DNA of 64,000 bases. Origin: Chiloscyllium plagiosum. Taxonomy: Eukaryota. The notes under the pieces were generated by a model. The model was not told the origin of the DNA. It saw only the letters and a program-made list of their open reading frames with translations, and ran no database searches. The number at the start of each line of letters is the position of its first letter. Within the stretch, counting starts at the first letter, position 1. A program made the translations under genes and the position numbers. The stretch spans positions 44,802,143 to 44,866,142 of the forward strand of contig NC_057718.1 in the NCBI RefSeq assembly GCF_004010195.1. The letters are read 5' to 3'. Shown piece by piece: positions 37,838-51,405 of the stretch.

Positions 37838-39562
37838 AAGGTTTACAAGGCTCTGAGGAAAGGGAAAATAATTGGGGTTATTGGATTGCTCATGCAGAGA
37901 GCCAGTACAGGCTTGATGGGCTGAATAGCCTTTCTTTGCTTTGTAGCCATTCTCTGAGTCTATGATTCACATTAGTTGTCACTAGTATAGAGGTAATCTT
38001 TTTTTCAACAACATGATGCAACTCTATCTGTTGTCTACCATCTTCCAGGCTATTCATGCACCAGCAACAATATCTATTTCTCTCAGAATAGATTGGATGT
38101 TGGATGAATTTTTGGATGAATTAGTTCTACACAGGACTCAATGCAGGTTTCTCCTTTGCAGTACACACATGATGGATTGCTAATGGATTTGGATATTTTC
38201 ATCTTGTGTGCAATCAAGGTTCAATGAGTTTTGTATTGTTGTATTTCATTATAGGGAGTAGACTTTGCAAATAGTCTTTAACACAGTTTTGATGGAATTT
38301 TAGTAAATCTTTCATACTTTCAAAACCTTAATTCTAATTTATCAATCCCATGAGAAATAAATACTAAGTTCCTAAGTGCATATTAAAAATAATTTGTCAT
38401 CTTAAAAACACAAAAATTTCACAACTTTCAAAATATTTTGTCATGTGCCTAAATCCATTTAACTATACAAAATTCTAGTTTTATTTTAATGCAAATCTAT
38501 AGGAACTTTGGTTGGTAATTTAGCTCTCAAACATTTTCTGTCATTCAATGAAAATGTACTGACTTGTATCCTAACCTCATTGATAGACTTGGGTTGCATA
38601 ATCCTTAATACTCTTGGTTAACAGAACATCTATCAACTTCATACTTAAAACTACCAACTGAGCATTAGTGCTTTCTGTCAGAGTGAACTCCATGCTTCAA
38701 CACTATTTATGTGAAAAACCTTATCTCCAAAATGGCCTGACTCTGAATTTAAATTTGGCTGTCTTTTTGTAAACTTACTTTTGACTTTGCCAAGCCCTGT
38801 AATTATATGAGCAGCTCCCTGAGTGGGAAAAGATTCAGCTATGATGGTTACACTAGAGACTTAGAAGCTTGAGTCAATTTTAATTATAAGAAGTAGGTGT
38901 CCCAAAGGAACTAGCATCTAGCAGCCATTCTCTTGCTGTTTCAAGAGATATTGTCACCATATCCCAAGTTTCCTTTTGTGCAGGCAATAGAACAGACTAT
39001 CATTTCCAGAACCAGTATCAAGAGAGTCAGTGAAAGTGTTGGCCACTGCTTGCAGTTCATTGCTGCAGGACACAGGCTCAAATGCTAGTGGTCAGTGTAA
39101 TTATTGTCCATACAGTCTGAGTCATAAATCTGATGCATTATGAAAGTCTACTATTCAGGTTGCAGTTGCAATTGCAAAGTGCTAGTACCACAAAATCAGA
39201 CTATTCAGCCCAACAGGTCCATTCTGGTGTTAATGCTCCTCTGAATCATTTGCCATTATCATATTCTTCTATTCCTTCCACTATCATGTTGTCATGGTCA
39301 GAGGGTGTTAAAAGAAACCCAAATAAAACAGTTTTCTCTTTAACATTTCCGCATTCTGGTTCCTTTTAAAAATGGACAAGTTCGCTGGACACACGTAAGT
39401 AATGAAAGGTGATCACATGATTTTGTATTTCCAAAAGCTTTGAACCACCAACATTCCAGCTAAAGGTCACACGTGCTTTTGGTGATAAGCTAAGTAAAAA
39501 CAATGACTGCAGATACTGGAAACCAGATTCTGGATTAGTGGTGCTGGAAGAGCACAGCAGTT

Positions 39563-39902
39563 TTAGATTAGATTAAATTAGATTAGATTACATTACAGTG
39601 TGGAAACAGGTCCTTCGGCCCAACAAGTCCACACCGACCCGCCGAAGCGCAACCCACCCATATCCCTACATTTGCCCCTTACCTAACACTACGGGCAATT
39701 TAGCATCGCCAATTCACCTGACCTGCACATCTTTGGACTGTGGGAGGAAACCGGAGCACCCGGAGGAAACCCACGCAGACACGGTGAGAATGTGCAAACT
39801 CCACACAGTCAGTCGCCTGAGGCGGGAATTGAACCCGAGTCTCTGGCGCTGTGAGGCAGCAGTGCTAACCACTGTGCCACCGTGCCGCCCACCGTGCCGC
39901 CC
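39563..39902 (-). mobile_element. HE1/V-SINE-like SINE, young, with duplicated 12-nt 5' end; inserted in a Penelope-derived repeat (39495-39935)
   Basis: Full head gggcggcacggtggcacagtggttagc, V-domain, ttaga tail; cagtt on both sides. Confidence 0.92.
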
Positions 39903-39974
39903 AGTTCAGGCAGCATCCGAGGAGCAGTAAAATTAAAGAACGTCTGGATTTATCAAAATTTGTAATTGATAAGC

Positions 39975-40965
39975 TCTCTGCTAGTTAGTCTGACCTCAGT
40001 CATTGTTAAGATTTTAGAGACCATTATAAAGGGTGTGATTGCAGGGTACTTGGAAGTGTATGATAAAATGGGGTAAATCGTGCAGCTTTGTCAAGGGAAG
40101 GTCATGTCTGACAAATCTGTTAGAATTCTTTGAGGAGGTAATGAGAAAGTTAAACAAAGGACAGCCAGTGGGCATGCTCTATTTGGATTTCCAGAAGGCC
40201 TTTGACAAGTTTCAACACAGGAGGCTGCTACATAAGATTGGAGCGCATGGTGTTAAGGAAAAGGTACTGGTATGGATACAGGATTGGCTGAATGGCAGAG
40301 GGCAGAGAGTGGGAATAAAGGGATCTTTTTCAGGATTTCAGCTGGTGACTAGTGGAGTTCCACAGGGGTCAGTGTTGGAACCATAACTATTCATGTTATA
40401 CGTTAACTATCTGGACTGAGGGCATGGTTGCTAAATTTGCAGATACCGCACAGATGGATGGAGGGACAGGTAGTGATGAAGATGCAGGAAGGTTGCAGAA
40501 GGACTAGGATAGGTTAGGAGACTGGGCAAAGAAATGGCAGATGGAATAAAATGTGGGAAAGTGTGAGGTTATGCACTTGGTAGGCAGAATGGAGGGGATT
40601 CCTGATGAAGGGCTTTTGTTCGAAATGTTCTTGGATGCTGCCTGCCCTGCTGTGCTTTCCCAGCACCACACTTTCGACTCTAATCTCCAACATCTGCAGT
40701 CCTCACTTTCACCTAGAATGGAAGGGTATACTATTTTTTAAATGGGGAAAGGCTTTGGAAACCTGAAGCACAAGGGAATTTGGAAGTCATAGTTCAGGAT
40801 TCTGTTAAAATTAATCCACAGGTACAGTTGGGAGTTGGGAGGCAAATGCAACGCTAGCATTAATTTTGAGAAGGCTAGATGACAAGAACAGTGATGTACT
40901 GAGGAGGTTTATAAGGTTTTGGTCAGAACGCATTTGGAATTTTCTGTTTAGTTTGGGCCTGTTAT
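39975..40965 (+). mobile_element. CR1 RT fragment with Penelope-derived insert 40598-40714
   Basis: ORF 40039-40386 FVKGRSCLTNLLEFFE..YLDFQKAFDK..GVPQGSVL. Confidence 0.9.
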
Positions 40966-43900
40966 CCCTTGTCAAAAGGAAGAAGAAGGTAGTGGTGTAT
41001 TGCAAGGATCTGTTTTGGGTCCATCTGCTTTAGAACTAGCTCAAAGGTAGAAGACAGAGAATGGTGGTGGAGAGCTGTTTTCAGACTGGAGGCCTGTGAC
41101 CAGTGGAGTGCCACAAGGATCGGTGTTGGGTCCACTACATTTTGTCATTTAGATAAATGATTTGGATGTGAACATAAGAGGTATAGTTAGTAAGTTTGCA
41201 GTTGACACCAAAATTGGAGGTGTAGTGGACAGCTAAGAAGGTTACCTCAGATTACAACAGGATCTTAATCAGATGGGCCAATGGGCTGAGAAGTGGCAGA
41301 TGGAGTTTAATTCAGATAAATACGAGGTGCTGTATTTTGGGAAAGCAAATCTAAGCAGGACTTATACACTTAATGGTAAGGTCCTGGGGAGTGTTGCTGA
41401 ACAAAGAGACCTTGGAGTGTAGGTTCATAGCTCCTTGAAAGTGGAATCGCAGGTAGACAGGATAGTGAAGAAGGTAGTTAGTATGCTTTCCTTTATCGGT
41501 AAGAGAATTGAGTACAGGAGTTGGGAGGTCATGTTGCGGCTGTACAGGACATTGGTTAGACCACTGTTGGCATATTGTGTGCAATTCTGGTCTCCTTCCT
41601 ATCGGAAAGATGTTGTCAAACTTGAAAGGGCACGGAAACGATTTACAAGCATGTTGCCAGAGTTGGAGAATTTGAGCTATCGGGAGAGTCTGAACAGTCT
41701 GGGGCTGTTTTCCCTGGAGCTTTGGAGGCTGAGGGGTGACCTTATAGAGGTTTACAAAATTATGAGAGACATGGATAGGATAAATAGACAAAGTCTTTTC
41801 CCTGGGGTGGGGGAGTCCAGAACTAGAGAGCATTGATTTATGGTCAGAGGGGAATGATATAAAAGAGATCTAAAGAGCAACCTTTTCACACAGAGGGTGG
41901 TACACGTTTGGATAAGCTGCCAGAGAAAGTGGTGGAGGCTGGTACAATTGCAACATTTAAAAGGCATTTGGTTGGGTATATGAATAGGAAGGGTTTGGAG
42001 GGATATGGGCTGGGTGCTGACAGGTGGGACTGGATTGGGTTGGGATATCTGGTCGGCATGGACAGGTTAGACCGAAGGGTCTGTTTCCATGCTGTACATC
42101 TCTATGACTCTATGACCTGGATGAGGGCATAGAAAGACGGTTTAGTAAATTTGCGGATGACACTAATGTCAGTGGAGTTGTGAACAGTGATGAAGGATGT
42201 TGTAGGTTACAGACAGACATAGATAAGCTGCAGAGCTGGGGCTGAGAGGTGGCAAATGGAGTTTAATGTGGAAAAGCATGAGTGATTCACTTTGGAAAGA
42301 GTAACAGGAATAAAGAGTACTGGGCAAATGGTAAGATTCTTGGTAGTGTAGATGAGCAGAGAGATCGTGGTATCCATGTACGTAGATCCTTGAAAGTTGC
42401 CACTCAAGTTGATATGGTTGTTAAGAAGGCTTATGGTGTGTTAGCTTTTATTGGCAGAGGGATTGAGTTTCGGAATCATGAGGTCGTGCTGCAGCTTTAC
42501 AAAACTCTGGTGCAGCCCGCTTGAAGTATTGTGTACAGTTCTGGTCACCGCATTATAGGAAGGATGTGGAAGCATTGGAAAGGGTTCAGAGGAGATTTAC
42601 TAGGATGTTGCCTGGTATGGAGGGAATACCTTACAAGCAAAGGCTGAGGGACTTGAGGCTGTTTTTGTTAGAGAGAAGAAGGCTGAGAGGTGATTTAATT
42701 GAGACATATAAGATAATCAGAGAGCTAGATTGGGAAGACAGTGGGAGCCCTTTTCCTCAGATGGATGATGGCTAGCATGAGGGGACATAGCTTTAACTTG
42801 AAGGGTGACAGATATAGTACAGCTGCCAGAAGTAGTTTCTTTATTCAGAGTAGTAGGGGCATGGAATGCACTGCCTGCAACAGTTGTAGACTTGCCAACC
42901 TTAAGAGCATTTAAATGGCCATTAGACAGGCATATGGATGAGAATGGAATAGTGTTGGTTAGATTGGCTTCAAATTGGTTTGACAGGTCAGCGCAACATC
43001 AAGGGCTGAAGGGCCTGTACTGCGCTGTAATGTTCTATATTCTAAGAAGGCTTATGTAAAGAAGAGACGTGAAGGCTCAGTTAGGATGCTTGAGAGTTAC
43101 AAGTTAGGCAGGAAGGACCTAAAGAGAGAGCTAAGAAGAGCCAGGAGGGGACATGAGAAGCCTTTGCCAGACAGGATCAAGGAAAACCCTAAGGCTTTCT
43201 ATAGGTATGTCAGAAATAAAAGAATGATGAGAGTAAGATTAGGGCCAATCAAAGAGAGTAGTGAAAAGTTGTGCGTGGAATCCAAGGAGATAGGATAGGT
43301 GCTTAATGAACATTTTTCATCAGTATTCACATTGGAAAATGACAATGTTGTCAAGGAGAATGCTGATTTACAGGCTGTTAGGCTGGACAGGATTGAGGTT
43401 CCAAGGAGGATGTGTTAGCAATTCTGGGAAATGTGAAAATAGATAAGTTCCCTGGGCCAGATGGGATTAATTCTGGGATTCTCTGGGAAGCTAGGGAGGA
43501 GATTGCAGAACCTTTGGCTTGGATCTTCATGCCGTCATTGACTACAGGAATACTACCAGAATACTGGAGGATAACAAATGTTATCCCCTTGTTCAAGAAG
43601 GAAAGTAGAGACAACTCTCGAAATTATAGACCAGTAAGTGTTACTTTGATTGCGAGTAGAGTGTTGGAAAAGGTTATAAGAAATAGGCTTTGTAATCATC
43701 TGGAAAGGAATAAGTTGACTAGGGATAGTCAACACAGTTTTGAGAAGGGTAAGTTATATCTCACAAATCTTATTTTGTTCTTGGAAAAGGTGACCAACCA
43801 GGTGGATGAGTGTACAGCAGTTGATGTGGTGCATATGGATTTCAGTAAAGCATTTGATAAGATCCCCCACTGCAGGCTATTGCAAAAAATACAGAGGCAT

Positions 43901-44928
43901 GGGATTGAGAGTGATTTAGTAGTCTGGATCAGAAATTAACTAGCTGAATGAAGACAGAGGATGGTGGTTGATGGGAAATGTTCGTCCTGGAGTTCACTTA
44001 CAAGTGGTGTACCACAGGGGTCTATTTTGGAGCCACAGCTGTTTGTCATTTTTATAAATTATCTGGATGAGGGCATAGAAGGATGGGTTAGTAAATTTGC
44101 GGATGACACTAAGGTCAGTAGAGTTGTAGACGGTGCCGAAGGATGTTGCAGGTTACAGAGGGACATAGATAAGCTGCAGAGGTGGGCTGAGAAGTGGCAA
44201 ATGGAGTCTAATGCTGAAAAGTGTGAGATGATTCACTTTGGAAGGAGTAACAGGAATATGGAGTACTGGGCTAATGTAGAGAGTTCTCGGTGTCCATGTA
44301 CATAGATCCCTGAAGGTTGCTACCCAGATTGATAGGGTTGTTAAAAAGTCATATGCTTTTATTGTTAGAGGGATTGAGCTTCGGAGCCATGTGGTCATGT
44401 TGCAGCTGTACAAAACTCTGATGTGGCTGCACTTAGGGTATTGCATTCAGTTCTGGTCACTGCATTATAGGAAGGATGTGGAAGCAATGGAAAGGGTGCA
44501 GAGAACATTTACCATGATGTTGCCTGATATGGAGGGAAGGTCTTATGAGGAAAGGCTGAGGGACTTGAGGCTGTTTTCATTAGATAGAAGAAGGTTGAGA
44601 GGTGACTTAATTGAAACATATAAGATAATCAGAGGGTTAGGTAGGATGGTGATGGCTAGCACAAGGGGACATAGCTTTAAATTGAGGGGTGATAGATATA
44701 GGGCAGATGTCAGACTTTTTTTTAAACTCAGAGAGTAGTAAGGGTGTGGAACACCCTGCCTGCAACAGTAGTAAACTTGCCAACTTTAAAGGCATTGAAA
44801 TGGTCCTTGGATAAACATATGGATGAGAATGGAATAGTGAAGGTTAGATGGGCTTTAGATTGGTTTCACAGATCGGTGCAACATCAAGAGCCGAAGGGCC
44901 TGTACTGTGCTGTAATGTTCTATGTTCT
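40966..44928 (+). mobile_element. Nested stack of three CR1 fragments
   Basis: Three separate 3' tails (~42117, 43043, 44928); aagaagg TSD at 40983-40989 and 43044-43050; RT motifs in ORFs 41435, 42521, 43412, 43961, 44391. Confidence 0.9.
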
Positions 44929-47754
44929 GTAATCTCTTAATGGTAACCAAGCTAAGCTAAGCAACTTTTGTCAATTTGCATTTTTATCATTCACACCAGA
45001 GCACAATATTTCTTTTTTTTGAGGGTTCTTTTATCAGATTTTTTCAAAGATACTTTTTGGTTTTCAGGTTTTCCTTTTTCACTCTCAAATCTCATTTATT
45101 TGGTAGTGCAGTGAAGTAATAATGTTGTCTTTGGCATTTAGTCTCACAGGGAAGCGGAATTAAAAGAATCAATATTCTTAATACTTCACCAGCAATCTGT
45201 TAATGCTAAAAGCCATAACACACAAGGGAAGCATTCATTCCTTCAATACCAGTTTAAATTAGTACAAAACAGCAGGCATAATTTCACATAAGTATTTTTA
45301 AAAATAGCTGACACACACTTCTACATACATAAAGCCATAACTTTAAGTATACTTTGTACAGGCTGGTGAGGTCACAGTTATTGAAATTCCAGTGTTATGT
45401 ACAAAGCCCATCAAGTCTGTATTTGCATTTGCCCCTTGAACTCTGCAGGTAGCTCCCACTGCCTGATTGTGCTGGATACCACTAATGGGGTTGGCTTTCT
45501 TCTTGTTCAACTGAGACATTTAAATTTAAAACTTGCATCACCCAAGTGATAAATATATAGTTCTGGGCTGGAGTTGGCCCTGAGTCTTTGCAAGCATTGG
45601 GTTCCGAACTCTGATTTAAATATCAAACCCATTTGCCTGTCAAAGAGACCATTGGAAGCCCCAGACTAGGATAAGAGGTCATGGTCATGGTATTGTCAGG
45701 ACTCTTAGCTTGATCTGAACTTCTCCCAACTTTGTAAATTTCTCCAGTCCTATATTTCTCCAAGATCTCTAGGCTCCTCCAATTTTGGAGTTTAAAATAT
45801 TCTCAGTTTTATTCATTTGACAATTAATGGCCAAGTTTTTAGCTATCAAAGCTACTCTTCTCTTTCCTTCTTTACGATTTTCCTTTAAACCTACCCCTTC
45901 CATCAAGCTTTTGATTATCTTCTGTAATGTCTCTTTTTATGGTTCAATTAAACTTTGTTTGACAATCCTTCTATGAAGCACCTCACATTGATTTACAAGG
46001 TTAAAAGTGCTATTTTGATATTTGTTTTTTTAATTGTTGCTAAACATTCTTATGCTTTCAGTAGCATTTCCAAAAATTTATAAAAACAACCCATAAATTG
46101 TCTTCCTTGACTGAAGACCGTAGGAAATTTCAATTCAATATTAAAGCAGACCAAAGTGAATTTTAAATGTACATTCACATCACTCTACACAGTAGTTAGT
46201 TCTGTACTCAGCAATTTCCATCCAGTATATGCAAAGACTGACTGATGTGATTAATGTCTGCCATTTGTTACAGCCATACCTAACCGTCATTGATAAGTTG
46301 AAACTGGCACTAACCAAATACACCAATTAATTGGGTAGGTAGTTAACTATACTTCATATCTACTGAGCACTTTTGCATAGGTATGAAAACCAGTTTAAGA
46401 TATTGAGAGTACTGTATGCTGAAGATAACAAAAAAGCCTACGTATGGAATTTGGATGGGGAATGTGAAGTGGAAAGCTTAATTGGTGAAATAGTCTTCAA
46501 TAACTTTGCACTGCCTTATTGTTTATTGCAGCTTAGATGCCTTTCCAAATCTAATTGAATAGTTAAATATTTTGCCTCGCTCAAAGCAGTTTTGGCTACG
46601 TAACAACCACCAGCCATTACAGTATAGCTGAAATGAAATGGGAATGAGTTAGATCTTGGGCTGCAGATGTGAAGCAAATTTAAAATCACCCTGCTTTCAG
46701 ATTTGTACAAACTGTCGTGTAATTAAAAGCCGTATCTCCTTCTGCAGACATCAGCATCACAGATGCCAGTTTTAAGTCAATTCAATTAATTCCAGGTGAT
46801 ATCAAGAAATAGTTGAGTACACTGGTTACTGCAAAGATTTGGTGTTCAATAATAGCCTTTTCTTCAGAACAAGCCAAGTAAGCCATTTCAGTACAACAAC
46901 AATACTGGCATTTACCTGACAAACTGAAAAATTGTCTTGTATAAGCTGTTCAAAAAAAGCAAGACAAATCCAGTTCAGTCAAGCTACATCTCAAAGGAAG
47001 GCTTCATCAACAATGGCTCCACAGCAAAAGAAAGACTCCATGAGAAGGATGCAATATCTGCGGCAAACTAAGGAAATTGTGGATGATATCAAATTGAAAG
47101 AAAAGGCATTCAACGCTGGACACAATAATAATAGGCCGGAATTTTTGAAAATCTTTTTAGAAACCAGTAACGGGTGAATAAATATAATGTAATAAAAGCA
47201 GAAATTAGAATATAAGCGTAAATTAATAAGAAATATCAATTAGGCAGTAAATGCTTCTCGAAATATATGAAAATGAGCCTTTTTTAAATTCACTGATGGG
47301 ATGTGGGCATTGCTGGCTGTGCCAGCATTGATTGCCTATCCTTAAATGCTTTTGAGAAGGCGGTGGTAAGATTAAGAATGGAAAACAAAGAATTGACAAT
47401 GATTTTGAACAAGTATGTTAAATCTGTTTTCACAATCTTTCTGTGTCTGCCTTTTCTTTCATCCTCGTCTACCATAGGTTGGACCATAGACTGTCATTGG
47501 ATTGGGTACTGTTTATGTATGCTGAAAATGTGTTGCTGGAAAAGCGCAGCAGGTCAGGCAGCACCAAGGAGCAGGAGAATCGACGTTTCGGACATAAGCC
47601 CTATCAGTGTTCCGAAAAGACCACTCCCTCCGTGACTCCCTCGTCAGGTCCACACCCCCCACCAACCCAACCTCCACTCCCGGCACCTTCCCCTGCAACC
47701 GCAAGAAATGCAAAACTTGCGCCCACACCTCCCTCCTTCTTCCCTCCAAGGCCC

Positions 47755-47988
47755 NNNNNNNNNNNNNNNNNNNNNNNNNNNNNNNNNNNNNNNNNNNNNN
47801 NNNNNNNNNNNNNNNNNNNNNNNNNNNNNNNNNNNNNNNNNNNNNNNNNNNNNNNNNNNNNNNNNNNNNNNNNNNNNNNNNNNNNNNNNNNNNNNNNNNN
47901 NNNNNNNNNNNNNNNNNNNNNNNNNNNNNNNNNNNNNNNNNNNNNNNNNNNNNNNNNNNNNNNNNNNNNNNNNNNNNNNNNNNNNNNN
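47755..47988. other. Assembly gap (234 N)
   Basis: Run of N. Confidence 1.
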
Positions 47989-48128
47989 CCTGACCTCTCC
48001 GCCCCCACCCCACTCCGCCTATCACCCTCACCTTGACCTCCCTCCACCTATCGCAATTCCAACGCCCCTCCCCCAAGTCCCTCCTCCCTACCTTTTATCT
48101 TAGCCTGCTGGATACACTTTCCTCATTC

Positions 48129-48156
48129 CTGAAGAAGGGCTTATGCCCGAAACGTC
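48129..48156 (+). ncRNA. Minimal hammerhead-ribozyme-like motif in the Penelope terminus
   Basis: CTGAAGA-A-GGGC-TTAT-GCCC-GAAA-CGTC: both core boxes, stem II and a palindromic ACGT in place of stem III; stem I weak in this copy. Confidence 0.6.
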
Positions 48157-49086
48157 GATTCTCCTGTTCCTTGTATGCTGCCTGACCTGCTGCGGTTTTC
48201 CAGCAACACATTTTCAGCTCTGATCTCCAGCATCTGCAGTCCTCACTTTCTCCTACTGTTTATGTAGGTAGTCCAACAGTGGCTTGTCATTGCTTCTGCA
48301 AAACAGCTAACCAGGAAATTCTTCTATTTTTATCACTTGCTATTCAGTGAATTGGAAGGATTTACAGACTAACAACAACCTATTTGACCAGATCATGAAT
48401 GCACCATCCATGGTCAATAAGTCCTGATAGGGGACTCAAAGCCATACCTGCTGGTCCAAAGAAATGGACGCTACCATTGTGGTGCAACACTTCATGTCTT
48501 CAAAGGAGAAGATTGAATAAAACATTCCATGAATAATAGAAATAAAGTAGCAGAAGTGAGAGAGGAACTTATTCACTATCAATAGAGAAGACTTGTTACA
48601 CCAATGACTAAAGGCTGACAAGTTGTCCAGGTTTGACTGCCCGCATCCTAGAGACTTAAAAGAACTGGCTGCAGAGATACTGGATACATTGATTGTAATC
48701 CTCTAACATTTTCTAGATTCTGGAAGGGTCCTAGTAGACTGGAAAGCTGTAAATGTATTGTCACTGTTCAAGAAATGGAAGAGAAAAGAGTATAGAATGA
48801 AAGTGACAGGCCAGATGGTCTTAACTTAATCATTAAGAAAATGCTAGAATCTATAATTAAGAAATTATAGCATGACATTTATAAAATCATAATAGAATCC
48901 AAAAGAGTCAATATAGTTTATGAAAAAGAAGTTATACGTTAAAAATTGGTCAAAAACCTTTGAGGATGTAACAAGCTGGATGGATAAAGAGAAGGTGATA
49001 GCTCATGGAAATGTGACTGAACTAGTAATCCAGATGTCCGGGCTCTGATGACATGGATACAAATGCCATCATTGCAGTTGGTTCAC

Positions 49087-49800
49087 ATTGTAGTGGGGCC
49101 AGAGTATCATGGAGGGAATAGTCCTTCCAATGGAGGAGACAGAAGATGTGTTTGGTGGTGGCATCTTTCTGGAGGTGACAGAAAGGACGGAGGATGATCC
49201 TTTACATGCAGAGACTAGTGTTTGGAAAGTAATGACAAGGGGAAACCTATAGCTATACTGAAAAAGAGAGGAAAGGACATGAGCAGAAGTGTGGGAGCTG
49301 GGTCAGGCACAGATGAAGACCCTAACTATTAAAATGGGGCACTCCTCAGTGGAGGAGAAAGATGGTCATGTTAAAAGCTGCCCAATGGAACATGGCACCA
49401 TCAAAACGTGTAACAGAGACAGAGAAACTGGCTGTATGGAACGGAATCCTTGTATGAAACAGGGAGTGAGGAGGTATAGTCTAGATAACCGTGGAAAATA
49501 GTGGGCTTGTCATGGATATTGGTGGACAGTTTATCCTCAGAAATTAAATAGAGAAGTGAAGGAAGAAAAAGGAAAAGTCAGAAATGGACCAGGTGAAAAT
49601 GAATGAAGGATGGCAATCGAAAACAAACTGATTCATTTTTCTAGCTCCAGAAGCAGTGCTGAAGACATCATCAATGTATCAGGGAAAGAGTTGTAGGGGG
49701 GTACCCCGTGCCCTCCCGAGTGGAACTGGAACAAGAATGTTCCCCAAACACCCTGCTAAGACACGGGCAGTGCTGGGACCCATGTAGATAACTATAACTA
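49087..49800 (-). mobile_element. Penelope-like RT fossil
   Basis: Minus strand MGPS (49783) and YIDDVF (~49679-49662), later DATTKHIF remnant. Confidence 0.75.
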
Positions 49801-50212
49801 ACAACTCTTGGATAAAAATAGAAATTCCTGGAAAAGCTCAGCAAGTCTGGCAGCATCTGTGGAGAGAAATCAAAATTAATGTTTCAGATCGAGTTATCTT
49901 TCCTCAGAACTAGTGATTTTTGTTAAGTACAGAAGCCTAGTCCATGTTTTCTATCAATCTCGGTTTTAAAACAACTTTTAAATTAGGGAACTCTGTGTAC
50001 TTTCCTAAAATCTTTAACTTTTGTGATGATTCTAGGAAATGTGGGTCCTAATTCCTTGTGTGTGGCCTTAGTGAGTTTTCAGTACTCCTGCTGACAATCA
50101 GCTTTAGCATTTCAGTTACCGATTGAGTCATGAGTATTTTATTTTAATTCTACCGCAAGATTCATTAGCAGTGTTTGTTGAATATTGTAAATGCTAAGCC
50201 ATAGTGTATTTA

Positions 50213-50308
50213 GTGAGTTTTGAGAAGATTTGTAGCTCAGGTTGAGGTTCTGGATGTAGGTTTGCGTGAAAACGAACCTTCTAGCTCAGCAAGCAAACCT
50301 ACATCCAT
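50213..50308. mobile_element. Short partly palindromic insertion with 12-bp TSD
   Basis: atagtgtattta at 50201-50212 and 50309-50320; tggatgtaggtttgc / gcaaacctacatcca inverted. Confidence 0.75.
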
Positions 50309-51112
50309 ATAGTGTATTTATTATTCTTAACTTGAGCATACAGTGGAATTAGCATTAATTGGCCAGATGGCTGGTTTCTAATGTAGTGTGATGCTAATAG
50401 TATGGGTTTAATTCCTGCACAGGCTGAGATTACCATGAAGTATTCTCCTTCTCAACAAATCCCTTCAGCTGTGGCGTGGTGACCTCCCAGGGTAAACCAC
50501 CACCAGTTGCCTCTCTCTAATCATAATCGTACCCTAAGGTCTGGTAAGACTATCGTGACTTTACCCTTTTATCTTTACTTACTGAGCTCCAAAACAGCCC
50601 TCTAATGCTTTTGCATGATAATAATAATCCAGAAGAGATATATACCTCCCAATATGTGTTGGTACATTCTGCAAGGATCCTTGCAAATTGATTTTTTTGG
50701 TAAAATCAGTCAAATAGGAGAACTATAGGTTCACTGTATTAATTTGGATTGGATGATGCAAATATTAAAAAATATACAACATTTTTTTTTTATTGTGGAT
50801 CTTTAATTAAAGCATAAATTATTTGAGTGACAATGAAATACATTCCTACTATACACATTCTTGACTATGTTAATCCTTTCTGATGATCATTTTGTTCCTA
50901 TCATTTTCACAGTAATATCCTGTCACTTCAAGAGCAGTTCAAAGAATCTGAAATGTTCTGTAAAGGTTCATTATATTGGGTTTTTTCCTGACCAAATCTT
51001 CAGAGGTATTGGTGCATGTTATTGTTTGTTTTCTTTTCAGAAAGCAATGAAGCGAATTGTTCAGGAAAAGGTAAAGGCAAGTGTCCACTCAAGTTCTAAT
51101 GTACTCTTATTC

Positions 51113-51405
51113 ATAGAATCACGATGTACAGATAGAGGGCATTAGGCCTATCTGCACCAACCCTTCCACCCCCATAACCCTGCATTTACCATTGCTAGCC
51201 TGGACACTACAGGCAATTTAGCATTGTCAATCCACCTAACCTGCACACCTTTGGACTGTGGGAAAAAGCTAGAGAACCCAGAGGAAACTCACGCCGATAT
51301 GGGGAGAACATACAAACTCCACGCGGTTGCCCAAAGGTGGAATCGAATCCAGGTCCCTGGTGGTGTGAGACAGCAGTGCTAACCACTGTGCCACCATGCT
51401 ACCCC
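51113..51405 (-). mobile_element. Older HE1/V-SINE-like SINE
   Basis: Diverged match to 39563-39902. Confidence 0.85.

Larger units (their letters stand above)
47520..48253 (+). mobile_element. 5'-truncated Penelope-like element with inverted 5' arm and 13-bp TSD
   Basis: FRKDHSLRDSLVRS..GTFPCNRKKCKTCAHT (Cys-rich linker preceding GIY-YIG); TSD tactgtttatgta 47507-47519 and 48254-48266. Confidence 0.85.

Noticed and set aside
47443..48103. Long ORFs across 47.4-48.1 kb
   Set aside because: Artefacts of translating through the N gap.
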